Positions 1 through 10,309 of a stretch of 64,000 bases of DNA are shown one piece after another. A program made the translations under genes and the position numbers. Numbering within the stretch: the first letter of the stretch is position 1; every line of letters starts with the position of its first letter. Source of the DNA: an uncultured Verrucomicrobiae bacterium (lineage in GTDB: Bacteria; Verrucomicrobiota; Verrucomicrobiia; Limisphaerales; J093); contig CALJWR010000011.1 of the NCBI GenBank assembly GCA_937976685.1, positions 532 through 64,531 on the forward strand, read 5' to 3'. Under the pieces are notes generated by a model. That model ran no database searches, was not told where the DNA came from, and was given only the letters and a program-made list of their open reading frames with translations.

Positions 1-1115
1 GGCGAAGGGGGAATCGAGGCAGGCGGAGGGTTCTTGTCCTTCATGCGATCGCCCTCCGCCATGACGCGGAACATCCCGTAGTTGGCATACAGAGTGCCGT
101 TGCTTCCGTGGAAGTAGATGCCCAAGCGCCGCTCCGGCGCCACGTCGCCCCGCATCGTGAAGTCGTAGCTGTTGGTCAATGATGACATCCACGTGAGGGT
201 CAGGTTCGGATACCGCCAGAGCACCTCGTGGTGGTCGTAGGCGTCCCCGTCATCTTTCACCACGAACCGCCCGCCGGAGGAACTCGTCACCAGCGGATAG
301 CCGAGGTCGAGCGCCCAAACGGGCAGGTCAATGATGTGCGGCGCCATCCCGGGAGTCCATCCCCCGCTGTAGTCCAGCCACGAACTGTGGAAATAAGCAT
401 CCGCCGCAAGGATGGGATTGAAGGGTCGCAACGGCGCGGGTCCGCACCAGAGATCCCAGTCGAGGCCCTCCGGCTTGGTCGTGACGGTGGCCCGCCCGAC
501 TCCCTGCGGCCCCTGGTTCATCACATTGAACGTCCGCGCCACCCCGATTTGGCCGAGGTTGCCCGCGCGGATGAACTCGACGACCCGCCGGTAATTCTCG
601 CCGGCGTGAATCTGGGTTCCGATTTGGGAGATGCGCCCGTGCCGTTTGACCGCATTGCGCACCGCAAGGCTCTCGCCAAGGTGCAGCGTCATGGGCTTCT
701 GCAGGTAGATGTCCTTGCCGGCCTCGCAGGCGGCGATTGCCTGCAATGCGTGCCAATGCGGCGGCGTGGCTATGATGACGCCGTCGAGGTCGCGGGTCTG
801 CAGCATTTCCCGGAAATCAGCATACGCCTGACACGTTTCCTTGAACTGCGCCACCACCGAATCGCGGCGGGACTTCCACACATCGCAGGCGCCGGTGACG
901 ACGACATCGCCGTGCCTGGCGCACTCGTTCAGATTGGCCCGCCCCATGCCGCCGCAGCCCAGCAGGCCGATGTGAAGGCGGCTGTTGGGCGGCGTCTGCC
1001 CGTTGGCTCCGAGGATGGCGGACGGCGCCAGCATCGGCGCGGCCAGCGCGGCACCGGCGGTCGTTTTCAGGAAGCGGCGACGGGAGGAAGCGGGCTCGGC
1101 TTGGAGCGAATTCAT
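1..1115 (-). CDS. Gfo/Idh/MocA-family oxidoreductase with Tat signal (5' end complete, 3' end runs off the window)
   Basis: Absent from the ORF track because there is no stop in the window. Manual translation from ATG at complement 1115 gives MNSLQAEPASSRRRFLKTTAGAALAAP...LHIGLLGCGGMGRANL...VIIATPPHWHA...IYLQKPM. It has a twin-arginine motif and a Rossmann GxGxxG. Confidence 0.85.
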   Translation of the reverse strand, partial: MNSLQAEPASSRRRFLKTTAGAALAAPMLAPSAILGANGQTPPNSRLHIGLLGCGGMGRANLNECARHGDVVVTGACDVWKSRRDSVVAQFKETCQAYADFREMLQTRDLDGVIIATPPHWHALQAIAACEAGKDIYLQKPMTLHLGESLAVRNAVKRHGRISQIGTQIHAGENYRRVVEFIRAGNLGQIGVARTFNVMNQGPQGVGRATVTTKPEGLDWDLWCGPAPLRPFNPILAADAYFHSSWLDYSGGWTPGMAPHIIDLPVWALDLGYPLVTSSSGGRFVVKDDGDAYDHHEVLWRYPNLTLTWMSSLTNSYDFTMRGDVAPERRLGIYFHGSNGTLYANYGMFRVMAEGDRMKDKNPPPASIPPS

Positions 1116-1516
1116 GATTGAGGCGTGTTGTGCCTGATTGATCGCGCAATCGAGCCGGCCGGTCAAGCGGCGGCCACCTGAAACCGTTTTGACGCCAAAC
1201 TGTAACACCCGCGCCGTTGCGGGGCGTCGCGGACGACGCGTACTGTGTGTTTGGTGCGAGTGACAGCGGCCAGACATGAAATCCCGGAGGGTTCGAAGCG
1301 CACTCCCCGCACCCTCCGACTATTCGCGGCGATCGTGGAAACCGTCATGCTGGTGGGGGTCTTTGCGTTGGCAGCGGTGGTGCTGCTGCCAGCCGCTTGG
1401 TACGGCGGCGGCAGACGAAACCGAATGCGCGGACGAGGCGTAGGACTCGCCACCGCCGGCAACAAACCTTGACCGCGCGCCCCTGCAGGACGCTTCCGGC
1501 ACGCGAGTTTCTGATC

Positions 1517-2350
1517 ATGGCGCAGGCACAAACCATCCTCCACTGGCTGGCGGGACGCTCGCGCGGCGGCGCGCCGAGCCGGCGAGCTGTCCTGGACCGG
1601 GGCTTTACCCTGATTGAACTCTTGGTGGTGATCGCCATCATCGCGATTCTGGCCGCCATGCTGTTGCCGGCGCTCAGCAAGGCGAAGGCGAAAGGAGCGC
1701 AGGTCAGTTGCCTGAACAACCTCCGCCAACTCGCCCTCTCGGTGCATCTGTACGCCGACGACAACCGCGACTGGCTGCCGCCGATTCAAGACCGCGTGGG
1801 CAATTTCGAATCGAGTTGGCGCGCTCACCTCTATTCCTACATCAGCCGCACGCCGCAACTCTATGACTGCCCGGCGGAGAAGCAGGAAGTTTATGCGAAA
1901 GCCAAACCGCCGAACGCGAAAACGGCCAGCCCCTGGGTGCTTGGACAATTTGCGGCGGGCGAGATTGACATCCCCAGCGGTATCGGCGCCGTGAACGTGC
2001 ATTGGCAGTTCGGGGGCGCACAGCCGCCATTTGGCCGGCCGGCGGGTTACGAAAACAATCTCTGCCGCTGGAGCGTCATCGAACGACCGGTCAACCTATT
2101 GTTCTTTGGCGACGGCCACAGCGATGTGTTCGGCGTGTGGCCCCAGGACCGCTGGTGGATTTGGAAGGAAGTCGGGAACGCCAACAGCGCGGGATTCAAC
2201 CGCCTGAGCCAGGGCGACAAGGGCGCGGTCCGCCACAGCCGTCGCTCGAATTACGCCCGCGCCGACGGCAGCGCGGCGTTGCTCGATCCCGCCCGCATCC
2301 CGTGCAACACAAACGAGTGTTGGTGGTCAGCCACGGCCGACCCGCACTGA
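1517..2350 (+). CDS. Prepilin-type N-terminal cleavage/methylation domain protein (DUF1559 / H-X9-DG pseudopilin-like)
   Basis: [32 protein letters not shown] class-III signal, and C-terminal [13 protein letters not shown] (H-X9-DG). ATG at 1517 chosen inside the longer track ORF 1397..2350. Confidence 0.85.
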   Translation: MAQAQTILHWLAGRSRGGAPSRRAVLDRGFTLIELLVVIAIIAILAAMLLPALSKAKAKGAQVSCLNNLRQLALSVHLYADDNRDWLPPIQDRVGNFESSWRAHLYSYISRTPQLYDCPAEKQEVYAKAKPPNAKTASPWVLGQFAAGEIDIPSGIGAVNVHWQFGGAQPPFGRPAGYENNLCRWSVIERPVNLLFFGDGHSDVFGVWPQDRWWIWKEVGNANSAGFNRLSQGDKGAVRHSRRSNYARADGSAALLDPARIPCNTNECWWSATADPH

Positions 2351-2357
2351 CCCGGGC

Positions 2358-2849
2358 ATGGAGCCCTCTCAAACCATGAAGCTGGCGGGGGCCCTTGCGT
2401 TGCTCGTAGCCGCCGGCTGGCTGATGTGGCGGTTCTTCGCCGACGACGGCGGCGTGTCAACCAAGACCTACTTCTACGACCTGAGCGAGCGGCGTCTGTT
2501 CGCCGGACCGCGCGATGCCATTCCTCCCATCAAAGGTTTGAACGACGCCGCCGAGGACGCCGTCAGGGCCGTGGTCATCTCGACCAACGGCAATCCGGGC
2601 GACAAGGCGGCCCGAAAGATCGCCTACTTGGAGAAGTACTCCCCTCAACTGAAGCGGGAGATGGAAGCGGCGCGGGCCTCCGGGGCGTCTCCGTCCATGG
2701 GACGAGCCATGGCGCAGGCGCACCGCTTCGTCCGGCGGCTGGATGATCCACAGTGGTATCCGATGACGACCGACGAGGCGGAAAGAATCGTGAACGAATG
2801 GCTGACGGCCGGTCCGGGTGGAGGGCCGGCGGTCATTTGCACGCCGTGA
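2358..2849 (+). CDS. Hypothetical membrane-anchored protein
   Basis: 163-aa ORF starting 8 nt after the pseudopilin stop. N-terminal hydrophobic helix LAGALALLVAAGWLMW. No family recognised. Confidence 0.5.
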   Translation: MEPSQTMKLAGALALLVAAGWLMWRFFADDGGVSTKTYFYDLSERRLFAGPRDAIPPIKGLNDAAEDAVRAVVISTNGNPGDKAARKIAYLEKYSPQLKREMEAARASGASPSMGRAMAQAHRFVRRLDDPQWYPMTTDEAERIVNEWLTAGPGGGPAVICTP

Positions 2850-2916
2850 AGCCACGGCCCGATGCAAGCGACTTTTCGGTGAGAGCTACACGATCCAAAC
2901 CAAACACAACAACTCG

Positions 2917-5010
2917 ATGAAACGATCCATGCAAACAACGCTGAGTCGGCAGTTGGGCCGCGCCGGACGCTGGGCCGGGGCGGTTGCCTTGGCGAGCGTC
3001 GGAATGGCGCAGACGGCTTCCTTGGTGCCCGGACATTCCTCCTACTTCCCCGGCGAAGACATCGTACTGGCCTTTCATGGAGGTCCTGGCAACGCCAAAG
3101 ACTGGGTGGGGATCTACCCCGAGGGCGTCGCCCCTGGCTCCGTCGGGTCCACCCGTTGGCAGTACGTTGACGGCACGGCGCAGGGTGTTCGCGGCGTTCG
3201 TGAGGGCGTATTGACCTTCGCCAACGGCTTGAATCTTTCCGGCGTTTGGGATGCTCATCTGCTCTTGGACGACAGCTACACGATCCTCGCCAGCGCGCAA
3301 TTCACGGTGGTCGAACCGTGGGCGACCGTCATTCGGACCGACAAACGAACTTACACCACGGGCGATCCGATCACCGTGACCTTCACCAACAGTCCGGCGA
3401 ATCCGAAAGACTGGATCGGCATTTACCAGGCAGGCCAGACGCCCGGCGGCCCGACCTCGACCCTGTGGCGGTACACCGACGGCACCACGTCCGGCAACAC
3501 GGGAGTATCTGATGGCTCGGTGAGGTTTGACGCGGGGCTCGCGGCCGCCGGCGATTACGTGGCCTACCTGCTCGCCAACGACGGCTACGACATCCTCGCC
3601 ACAGAGACATTCTTCGTCGTTCTGGCCACCCCATCGCAGCCACGCATCTTGTCGGTCAGCCCGGCCAACGGAGCGGGGAACCAACCGGCGGTGATTAACT
3701 ATGTCGCGACGATCACCAACGGCGTCAGCAAGGTGGTCCCGGCTTCGGTTGCCCTGACGCTAAACGGGTCGGCCATCGTCCACCAATTCGCCGAGCAGAA
3801 TGGTCTGGTCACGATCACGTCCGCTAACACCGAGCTATTCCCGCCAGGTTCCCCCCAGACCTACGAACTGCGGTTCACCGATGACTCCACGCCTGCCAAC
3901 CGGTTCACCAACACCGTCTCGGTCATGGTGGCCAACTACCGCAACATCGTCCTGCCCGCCCCGCTTTACTTCGAGGACTTCGACAGCACGCCGGAGGGAC
4001 AGCTCCCGGCCGGCTGGACGCACGTCAGCTTCACCGACGTGCAAAACCCGGACGAGGATTTCGAGAATCTCGACTCCGCCACCTACGCGCGCTGGACCGT
4101 GGTCAACGCCGACCGGTTCCGCGGCTCGTTTGTGACCTACAGCAACCCCGACAACCCCGAATCGTGGGAAACGGACTACCAGCGGGTGCTGTCCGTCAAT
4201 CCGCTGAATGTCCTTAACGGCCGGGTCTATAACCAACCGCTGGCCAGCGGCCGGTTCGCCTTCGGCAACTCCGGTTACCGCAACGGCGTCAGCCAGGTGG
4301 TGTACCTCTTCACCCCCGACTTCGATCTGACCGGGAAGACTGACGTTCACCTCGCCTTCCACAGCCTCTGGGAGCAGAACCAGGACAGCGTGGCCGCCAT
4401 CGAGTACTCGGTGAACCAGGGGCAAACCTGGCTGCCCATCGCCTACTTCCTCGACGGGCCGGACATTCTGACGATGACCAACGAGACGACCGGCGAGATC
4501 ACCGTGGATGCCATCGCCACGTTCACGACGGAGCGCGGCGACATCGCGCGGTACACTGATCCCAACACGGGCGAGGAGAAGGGCGGCACGTACGGCGCGT
4601 TCATCGCGGCGCCGCTTTCCTAGGACCTGGCTCCGTTCATCCAGGCGCGGATCAACGACGACCCGGTCGAGTCCAAGCGGATCGAGTTGTTCCGGCTGCC
4701 GGCGGCGGACAACCAGGCCAAGGTGCGGTTCCGCTTCGCCCACGCAGGCACCGATAGCTGGTACTTTGGCGTGGACAACTTCGGGCTGTACAGCCTCCCC
4801 AGCGCCCCACAGGCGCCTCCGCAGATCACCGGAATCGCGCGGACTGGTCCGGACGTGGTCATCTCTTGGAACGGCGAGCCCGGGGTCAAGCTTCAGAAGA
4901 GCGCGTCCCTGATCAGCCCGAACTGGCAGGACGTTGCCGGTACCGCCGGCGCAAGCAGCTTCACGGAGACTGCAGCGGGCACGCAGACGTACTACCGTCT
5001 GGCCCGTTGA
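2917..5010 (+). pseudogene. Large secreted multidomain protein (two DW(V/I)GIY repeat domains plus a MAM/lectin-like domain) interrupted by one in-frame TAG
   Basis: Track ORFs 2818..4623 and 4687..5010 share one frame. Translation reads through as ...GAFIAAPLS*DLAPFIQARINDDPVESKRIELFRLPAADNQAKVRFRFAHAGTDSWYFGVDNFGLYS. Signal-like N-terminus MKRSMQTTLSRQLGRAGRWAGAVALASVGMA from ATG 2917. Confidence 0.65.
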
Positions 5011-5028
5011 CGTAGCAGGCTTCTTGTG

Positions 5029-5065
5029 GCCCGCCCGCGAAAGGCCGATCCCTGAGCGGGCGGGC
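5029..5065 (+). terminator. GC-rich hairpin 19 nt after the stop at 5010 (putative terminator, no U-tract)
   Basis: Perfect 10-bp stem gcccgcccgc (5029-5038) / gcgggcgggc (5056-5065) with a 17-nt loop. Confidence 0.3.
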
Positions 5066-5088
5066 TGCCCCGACGCAACCAGACCTTC

Positions 5089-6036
5089 ATGCGGGCATCT
5101 CCCGGAAGACTCTCGCAGTTACAGCTCATCGCCTGGGTTCTGCTGGTATGCGGCGCCATCAACGCCGCCGCCGAAACCCTGCGCGTGATGACCTTCAACC
5201 TCTGGCACGGCGGGGATGCCGGGAAGCAGCCGCTTTCCCAGACCGCCACCGTCATTCGCGCCGCCGAGGCGGATGTTGTGGGTCTGCAGGAAACCCACGG
5301 CTGGGAACCGGCACCCGGCGCGCCGCGCCCTGACCACGGACGCAAGCTCGCCGACCTGCTCGGCTGGCACTACTTCGATCAGGGCGCGCGGACCGGCGTG
5401 CTCAGCCGGCACCCCGTTGTGACCAACTCCCCTGCCCGGTGGGGCGTCTCCGTCCGGCTGCCCTCGGGACGCGAGGTATGGCTGTTCAACGTCCACTTCG
5501 CCGCCGCGCCCTATCAGCCGTACCAACTTCTCGGCATCCCCTACTTCGACGCGCCGTTCCTCAAGACGCCCGAGGAGGCCATCCAAGCCGCACGGGCCGC
5601 ACGCGGTGGACAAGTGGACCGGATGTTGGCAGAGCTGGGTCCCGTCCTCGCCACCGGTCAGCCGGTCTTCCTGACGGGCGACTTCAACGAGCCTTCGCAT
5701 CAGGACTGGACACCCCGCGCCGCAGCCGCGGGCAAGTGTCCGCTGGCCGTGGACTTCCCGGCGACGCTGGCGGTCACGCGCGCCGGGATGAAGGACGCCT
5801 ACCGTGCCACCCATCCCGACGAAGTGGCCCGGCCGGGCTGGACTTGGACGCCGACAACCTCGCCGGACGACCCCAAGGACCGGCACGATCGAATTGACTT
5901 CGTTTTCGTCAGCGCCGCGAACACCTCGGTCACCCGCTGCCAAGTCGTTGGCGAATCAGCCGCCTTCGCCGACGTCGTCGTTCAGCCCTACCCTTCCGAC
6001 CACCGGGCAGTGGTGGCGACCGTGGAACTCCGCTGA
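5089..6036 (+). CDS. Endonuclease/exonuclease/phosphatase (EEP) family protein, secreted
   Basis: Signal peptide, then LRVMTFNLWHGG...ADVVGLQE...FLTGDFNE...DRIDFVF...SDHRAV, which are typical EEP motifs. Confidence 0.85.
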   Translation: MRASPGRLSQLQLIAWVLLVCGAINAAAETLRVMTFNLWHGGDAGKQPLSQTATVIRAAEADVVGLQETHGWEPAPGAPRPDHGRKLADLLGWHYFDQGARTGVLSRHPVVTNSPARWGVSVRLPSGREVWLFNVHFAAAPYQPYQLLGIPYFDAPFLKTPEEAIQAARAARGGQVDRMLAELGPVLATGQPVFLTGDFNEPSHQDWTPRAAAAGKCPLAVDFPATLAVTRAGMKDAYRATHPDEVARPGWTWTPTTSPDDPKDRHDRIDFVFVSAANTSVTRCQVVGESAAFADVVVQPYPSDHRAVVATVELR

Positions 6037-6171
6037 CCCGACGCCCTCGCTTTTCTGCCGGGCCGTTGCGAAGACCGGCAGCAAGACGGAAGGCGGATAA
6101 CGAATTGAGGCGGTAACCAACACCGCGCCCGGTTGACTCATTTCCGCACGCCGGTCCGCTGGTCAGGCCGA

Positions 6172-9100
6172 TCAGCCGGCGACCTGCCGCCGCTTGGACA
6201 ACTCGCCGGTCACGGCGTCGAACCAGGCCGCGTCAGGCAGGGCATAGGGCCGGAAGATTTCGAGCGAGCCGGCCGGCTCATTGAACAACAGGGCGCGGTG
6301 AAGACCGAGGCGGCTGGCGTCCGGCGAATCTACGAGGCTGGCGGAATCGTTGGCGCTCATCTGGAACAGGACGCGCCAGGCAAAGCTGGCCAGAGTCTTT
6401 CGTCCGAGAAACCGCCCCAGGCTGCTCCAGGTGTCGCCCGTGGCGATCACGTGGACGCCGTTCGCCGGACCTTCGGCAACGAGTTCCTGAAACTGGGGCG
6501 CCAGGTTCGCATCCGGATCCGAAGTCGTGGACGCAAACCCGTAGTCGTCCTCGCTGCGCAGCCGCTTGTAGAGCTGCAGGCCGTGAATAATGACAAACGT
6601 GATCGGCGCGTTCGTCCCCGGCCCAACAGGCTCTTGAACATTTCCGCCCGCACCAGCTTCGGATCGGCGCTTCACCCCGTCTGCCAAGCTTCGGATGACA
6701 GTCGGCACTTCGGCGGGTCCCGGGCGCGTGACCGGGTGTGGGACGGCCTCGATCAACCGATCCAGCAGCGAGCGTTCCCGCGACCCCGGCAGCGACGGAT
6801 CGAGCACAACAAAACGGGCCGAACCGGCCGGGTGTTGCGCCGCCAGCGCCACCAACGCGCAACACACCAGTGTGAAGGCCGCCTCGTCGCGCTGGCCGAC
6901 GATCAGGAGGTTGTTCCCCGCCTGCCACCGGAACAGCACCTCGGTGGGTCCCTTGATCGAGTTCGGCGCGCCCAGCCACACGCGGGAGATGGGCGGAGTG
7001 GCATCCGGCCTCTGTTCCAGCACTGCCGCCAGGTCTGGGTTTTCGATCACGTCGGCCGGCGCGTTCCCTTCGAAGACCATCGGCGCGGCCACGCGCGCCG
7101 AGGCCGCCTCCGCCCGCGCGCGAATCTCTGCCAGCCGCGCGTCGCGCTCGGCCTCCGGAAGCCAGACGGTCTGGAACGGGCTGTTCCCCTCGAGGGCACC
7201 GCCGGCGTCGTTGTAGATGCCCTCGCCCGGCCGCGACAACAGCCGCGGGGCGGGGTTGTTTTCGTCCATGATCAGGTAGGCGTCCGCCTCGTTACACTGC
7301 AGCGCGATGCGCACCACCATCTGCCCAAGCGTGGCGCGGGCCAGCGTGTAGGCGCCGCCGAGCGTTTGCGAACCCAGCAGCACGTGAATGCCAAACGCGC
7401 GACCCTGACGAACGATTCGATCCAGCAGCACGGCGGCGGACTGGGAAATCCGGTCCTCCTCCGTGAAGAACTCCTGAAATTCGTCAATGATCAGCAGCGT
7501 GCGAGGCAGGGACTCGCCCGTCGCGCGCCGATAGCCGGCGAGGTCTTGCACCCCTTGCGCCCGGAAGAGGTCGCCTCGACGCCGCAATTCATCGTCCACG
7601 CGCTGGAGCACACTGAGGCCAAAGTCCCGGTCGCTTTCGATCGCCACCACCCGCGCGTGCGGCAGCTTCCGAGTGGCGTAGCCCTTGAACTCGACGCCCT
7701 TCTTGAAGTCCACGAGGTAAAACTCCACCTCCGCCGGCGAGCACCAGGAGGCCAGATTCGTGATGAGCACGTGGAAGAGCGTGGATTTGCCGGAACCCGT
7801 CTTGCCGGCGATCAGGGCGTGCTGGCGCGTGCCCCGGCCCAGCGCGAAATACTGCAACTTCGTCGCGCCCGCGCGCCCGATGGGCACCCGGATCTCCTCG
7901 GTCGTGTCGAGCGACCAGAAAGCCTCCGGCAGCGGCGCGACCTGAGCGAAAGCGACTTCCACCCGGTTCGCGCCGCGCGATCGCTCGCCGACCCGTCGGA
8001 GAAACTCGCCGGTGAATTCCGGCGGCGGTGGCGGGTCGAGGATCAGGCGTGCGCCCGGCCACGGCGCGTCCGCCAGCGTCGGCACTTTGTTCGCTGCCAC
8101 CACCCGTACGCTCTGGCGTCGCAGCTCTTCGGCCACCCAGTCGTGCGGCAGCGGTTGACGCCGGTCCCACTGGATGAGCGTGAAGACGCCGCACCGCGCC
8201 CCGCTCGCAGCAATGTTCAACAACCGCCGCGCGGCCGCCTCGCTGAAGTTCACCGGAAAACCTGCGATTACGAGGACATGGTACTTCTCCGCGATGACGC
8301 CGGCCGCAGCGTTGTAGTCGGCGATCGTGGCGTATTCATCGCGCAGATACATCTGGATGACCTTCTCCATGTGCTCGCCGAGTTCGGCGAGGCGCTCCTC
8401 GATCTGCGCGGTCTGGGTCCAGATGCGGCCGTTGATGTTGTTGTCGTCGAAATCGGCCAGACGCATCAAACCCGCGAAGCTCTGCCCCAAGCCCACTGGA
8501 TCAATGATCGTGAAGCTCAGCTTGCCCGGGGGCGTGGCCGACAGCAGGCGAGCGATCACGTTGTTCATCGTCGCCACCGCTTCGGCGCCTCCTTCTTCGC
8601 CCGTCTCGAACAAGAGCGAACCCTGGTTCGGATAGCTCAGCAACAACGGCACGGACAGCATCGCCGGCAAATCCGCGCGGAAACGCCGCTCGGTCAACTC
8701 CCCCCCGCACAGCCGCTCGACCTCAACCTCAAGCCGGCCGAAGGGCGCGGCGTTACGGAACGTGGCGGGAGGTTCCCACGCCTGCCAGGCCGGGTCCGAC
8801 CACGCCGGAAACTCCCGGGCAACCGCTTCATTGGCCGCGCCCAGGGCGGCGAGCAGCGGCGACAGTTTTTGTCGTGCGCGCAGGTCGTAGTCCGCCAGGG
8901 CGTTGGCTTCGTCGGCCGCGATCCGGGCCTTGGCAGTGGCGAACTCCGCCTCGATCCGTTCCTGCTCCCGGAGCTGCGCCTCCGCACTGAGCGTGCCGGC
9001 CGCCGCGGCGCGCGCCTGCAGCATGGCCAGCCGGGACGCCAGTTGCGCGTCGTTACGTGCGGACGCCCGGTGCGCTTGCGCGTCCAATTCGCGGGGGTAC

Positions 9101-10104
9101 CGGGCGCGGAGTTCTTCCGCCCGCTCAACGGCCTCGCTCCACTCCTCACGCAGCCGGGCGGTCGTCTGTTCATACTCGCGCTCGATGCGCCGCTGTTCGT
9201 CACGATGCCGCTGTTCTGCCCGCTCCTTCGCGAGCGCGACTGCCCGGCGTGCTCCCGCCAGGTGCTCGGCCGTCGCCCTCGCCAGCGGCAGGGCCTGCCG
9301 GCGTGCCAGCAGAAACAGCCCGGTCACGGCAACAACCGATCCGCCGAAAGCCATTGCCACCTCGCGCCAAGCGAGGCCCGGGAGGCCAAAGTGCGGCAGC
9401 GCGCCAGCCGTGGCCGCGCCGAGTGCCGCCACGAGGAACCACAACCACAAGGGCATCGCGGCAAAAACCCGGGACAGGCGAAGGTGCTGAAACCGATCCA
9501 GAGCGGCCCCGGCGGCCGAGAGTTGGCCCTCTGCCTCGCCGAACAATGACTCCTCGTCAGCCTCTGGCGCAGCGGACGACACCGGCCATTCGCGATCCAA
9601 CAACCGAACCAACGCCCGGTCGCCGCGAAACACGTGCGCCGCCTCGGCGCCCATCTGCGCGGCTCTCTCTTCCGCCTCCAGACAACGCTGACGCACCTCG
9701 GCTAGACGCGCCGCCGCAGCGGCCGCATCGCTCTCCCGGCGCCGCTCCGCCCGCAACGCACCCTCCTGGACGCGGTATTTTCGCCGGCTTTCCTCCTGAT
9801 CCACGCGCTGGGTCGCCCGCCTTCGATCCGCCAGCAGGCCCTGCTCGATCAGCCGTTGCCGCGCCGCGTGAATGGCCCGAAAGCGAGCGGCCGCCTGCTC
9901 GTATTCCGCCCGTCGCGCTGCTTCGTCGCCGGAGAACCGAGCTTCGAGCTCCCGTAACGCGCTCGCGCGGACCTGTTCCACCGCCGCGAACTGTGCCGCG
10001 AAACCGGCGGCCAGCTCCGCCTCTTCCTGCGCCAACTCCCGCACCGTGGAGCGAAAACGCTCCACGAGGCCCAAGGCTTCCTTCACTCCGGGCAGATCAC
10101 TCAC
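6172..10104 (-). CDS. Membrane-anchored multi-domain FtsK/SpoIIIE-family ATPase, EssC/EccC-like (putative type VII-like secretion motor)
   Basis: 1310 aa. Coiled-coil aa 1-200, two TM helices about aa 216-267 (nt 9304-9459), second coiled coil aa 280-440. Degenerate P-loop-like domain (ETGEEGGAEAV; LVIAGF). Canonical domain with Walker A GKTGSGKST (nt 7780-7806) and Walker B LLIIDEF (nt 7477-7494). Third, degenerate domain (GQRDEAAFT; FVIIHGL). GTG start overlaps the upstream stop by 8 nt. Confidence 0.9.
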   Translation of the reverse strand: MSDLPGVKEALGLVERFRSTVRELAQEEAELAAGFAAQFAAVEQVRASALRELEARFSGDEAARRAEYEQAAARFRAIHAARQRLIEQGLLADRRRATQRVDQEESRRKYRVQEGALRAERRRESDAAAAAARLAEVRQRCLEAEERAAQMGAEAAHVFRGDRALVRLLDREWPVSSAAPEADEESLFGEAEGQLSAAGAALDRFQHLRLSRVFAAMPLWLWFLVAALGAATAGALPHFGLPGLAWREVAMAFGGSVVAVTGLFLLARRQALPLARATAEHLAGARRAVALAKERAEQRHRDEQRRIEREYEQTTARLREEWSEAVERAEELRARYPRELDAQAHRASARNDAQLASRLAMLQARAAAAGTLSAEAQLREQERIEAEFATAKARIAADEANALADYDLRARQKLSPLLAALGAANEAVAREFPAWSDPAWQAWEPPATFRNAAPFGRLEVEVERLCGGELTERRFRADLPAMLSVPLLLSYPNQGSLLFETGEEGGAEAVATMNNVIARLLSATPPGKLSFTIIDPVGLGQSFAGLMRLADFDDNNINGRIWTQTAQIEERLAELGEHMEKVIQMYLRDEYATIADYNAAAGVIAEKYHVLVIAGFPVNFSEAAARRLLNIAASGARCGVFTLIQWDRRQPLPHDWVAEELRRQSVRVVAANKVPTLADAPWPGARLILDPPPPPEFTGEFLRRVGERSRGANRVEVAFAQVAPLPEAFWSLDTTEEIRVPIGRAGATKLQYFALGRGTRQHALIAGKTGSGKSTLFHVLITNLASWCSPAEVEFYLVDFKKGVEFKGYATRKLPHARVVAIESDRDFGLSVLQRVDDELRRRGDLFRAQGVQDLAGYRRATGESLPRTLLIIDEFQEFFTEEDRISQSAAVLLDRIVRQGRAFGIHVLLGSQTLGGAYTLARATLGQMVVRIALQCNEADAYLIMDENNPAPRLLSRPGEGIYNDAGGALEGNSPFQTVWLPEAERDARLAEIRARAEAASARVAAPMVFEGNAPADVIENPDLAAVLEQRPDATPPISRVWLGAPNSIKGPTEVLFRWQAGNNLLIVGQRDEAAFTLVCCALVALAAQHPAGSARFVVLDPSLPGSRERSLLDRLIEAVPHPVTRPGPAEVPTVIRSLADGVKRRSEAGAGGNVQEPVGPGTNAPITFVIIHGLQLYKRLRSEDDYGFASTTSDPDANLAPQFQELVAEGPANGVHVIATGDTWSSLGRFLGRKTLASFAWRVLFQMSANDSASLVDSPDASRLGLHRALLFNEPAGSLEIFRPYALPDAAWFDAVTGELSKRRQVAG

Positions 10105-10309
10105 AGTCGTTCCTCACCCGGGTCAGCAGTTGGTCGAGTTTCTCCAGGACGCCCGCAGCGCGCTCGACTTGCGCCCGCAGTTCGCCGATATACCGCTGCT
10201 CGAACTCCACGGCCCGCGCATCGCGCCAGTGAGCTCGTGTGTCGTCCCAACCGATCATCAAGTCGCGGGTCAGCGCCATCAGACGCGCGCGGCTGGCGTT
10301 CACGCTCAT
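10097..10309 (-). CDS. Small helical protein, short WXG100-like hairpin (WxD variant)
   Basis: 70 aa with HWRDARAVEFEQRY at the predicted turn. ATGA overlap with the upstream gene and an 8-nt overlap with the ATPase gene. Confidence 0.6.
   Translation of the reverse strand: MSVNASRARLMALTRDLMIGWDDTRAHWRDARAVEFEQRYIGELRAQVERAAGVLEKLDQLLTRVRNDCE

Noticed and set aside
228-1121. 297-aa plus-strand ORF at the window start
   Set aside because: It is antisense to a clean Tat-signal Gfo/Idh/MocA gene, which the ORF track misses because its stop is outside the window. Its composition is R/G/P-rich and it has no motifs.
1284-1320. tRNA-like GGTTCGAA (T-loop-like) sequence in the 1116-1516 intergenic region
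   Set aside because: The flanking bases do not form a T-stem or the rest of a cloverleaf. They form only a simple cggaggg/ccctccg hairpin with a 20-nt loop.
1245-1472. 75-aa ORF with one hydrophobic helix ([20 protein letters not shown])
   Set aside because: It is short, has an alternative start, has an R/G-rich tail and has no recognisable family. It may be a real small membrane protein, but it cannot be supported from sequence alone.
6133-9549. 1138-aa ORF on the plus strand, the longest plus-strand ORF in the region
   Set aside because: It is entirely antisense to the FtsK/SpoIIIE gene and has extreme R/G/P/A composition with no motifs. This is the typical shadow ORF of a high-GC gene, whereas the minus-strand frame has clear Walker A/B motifs.
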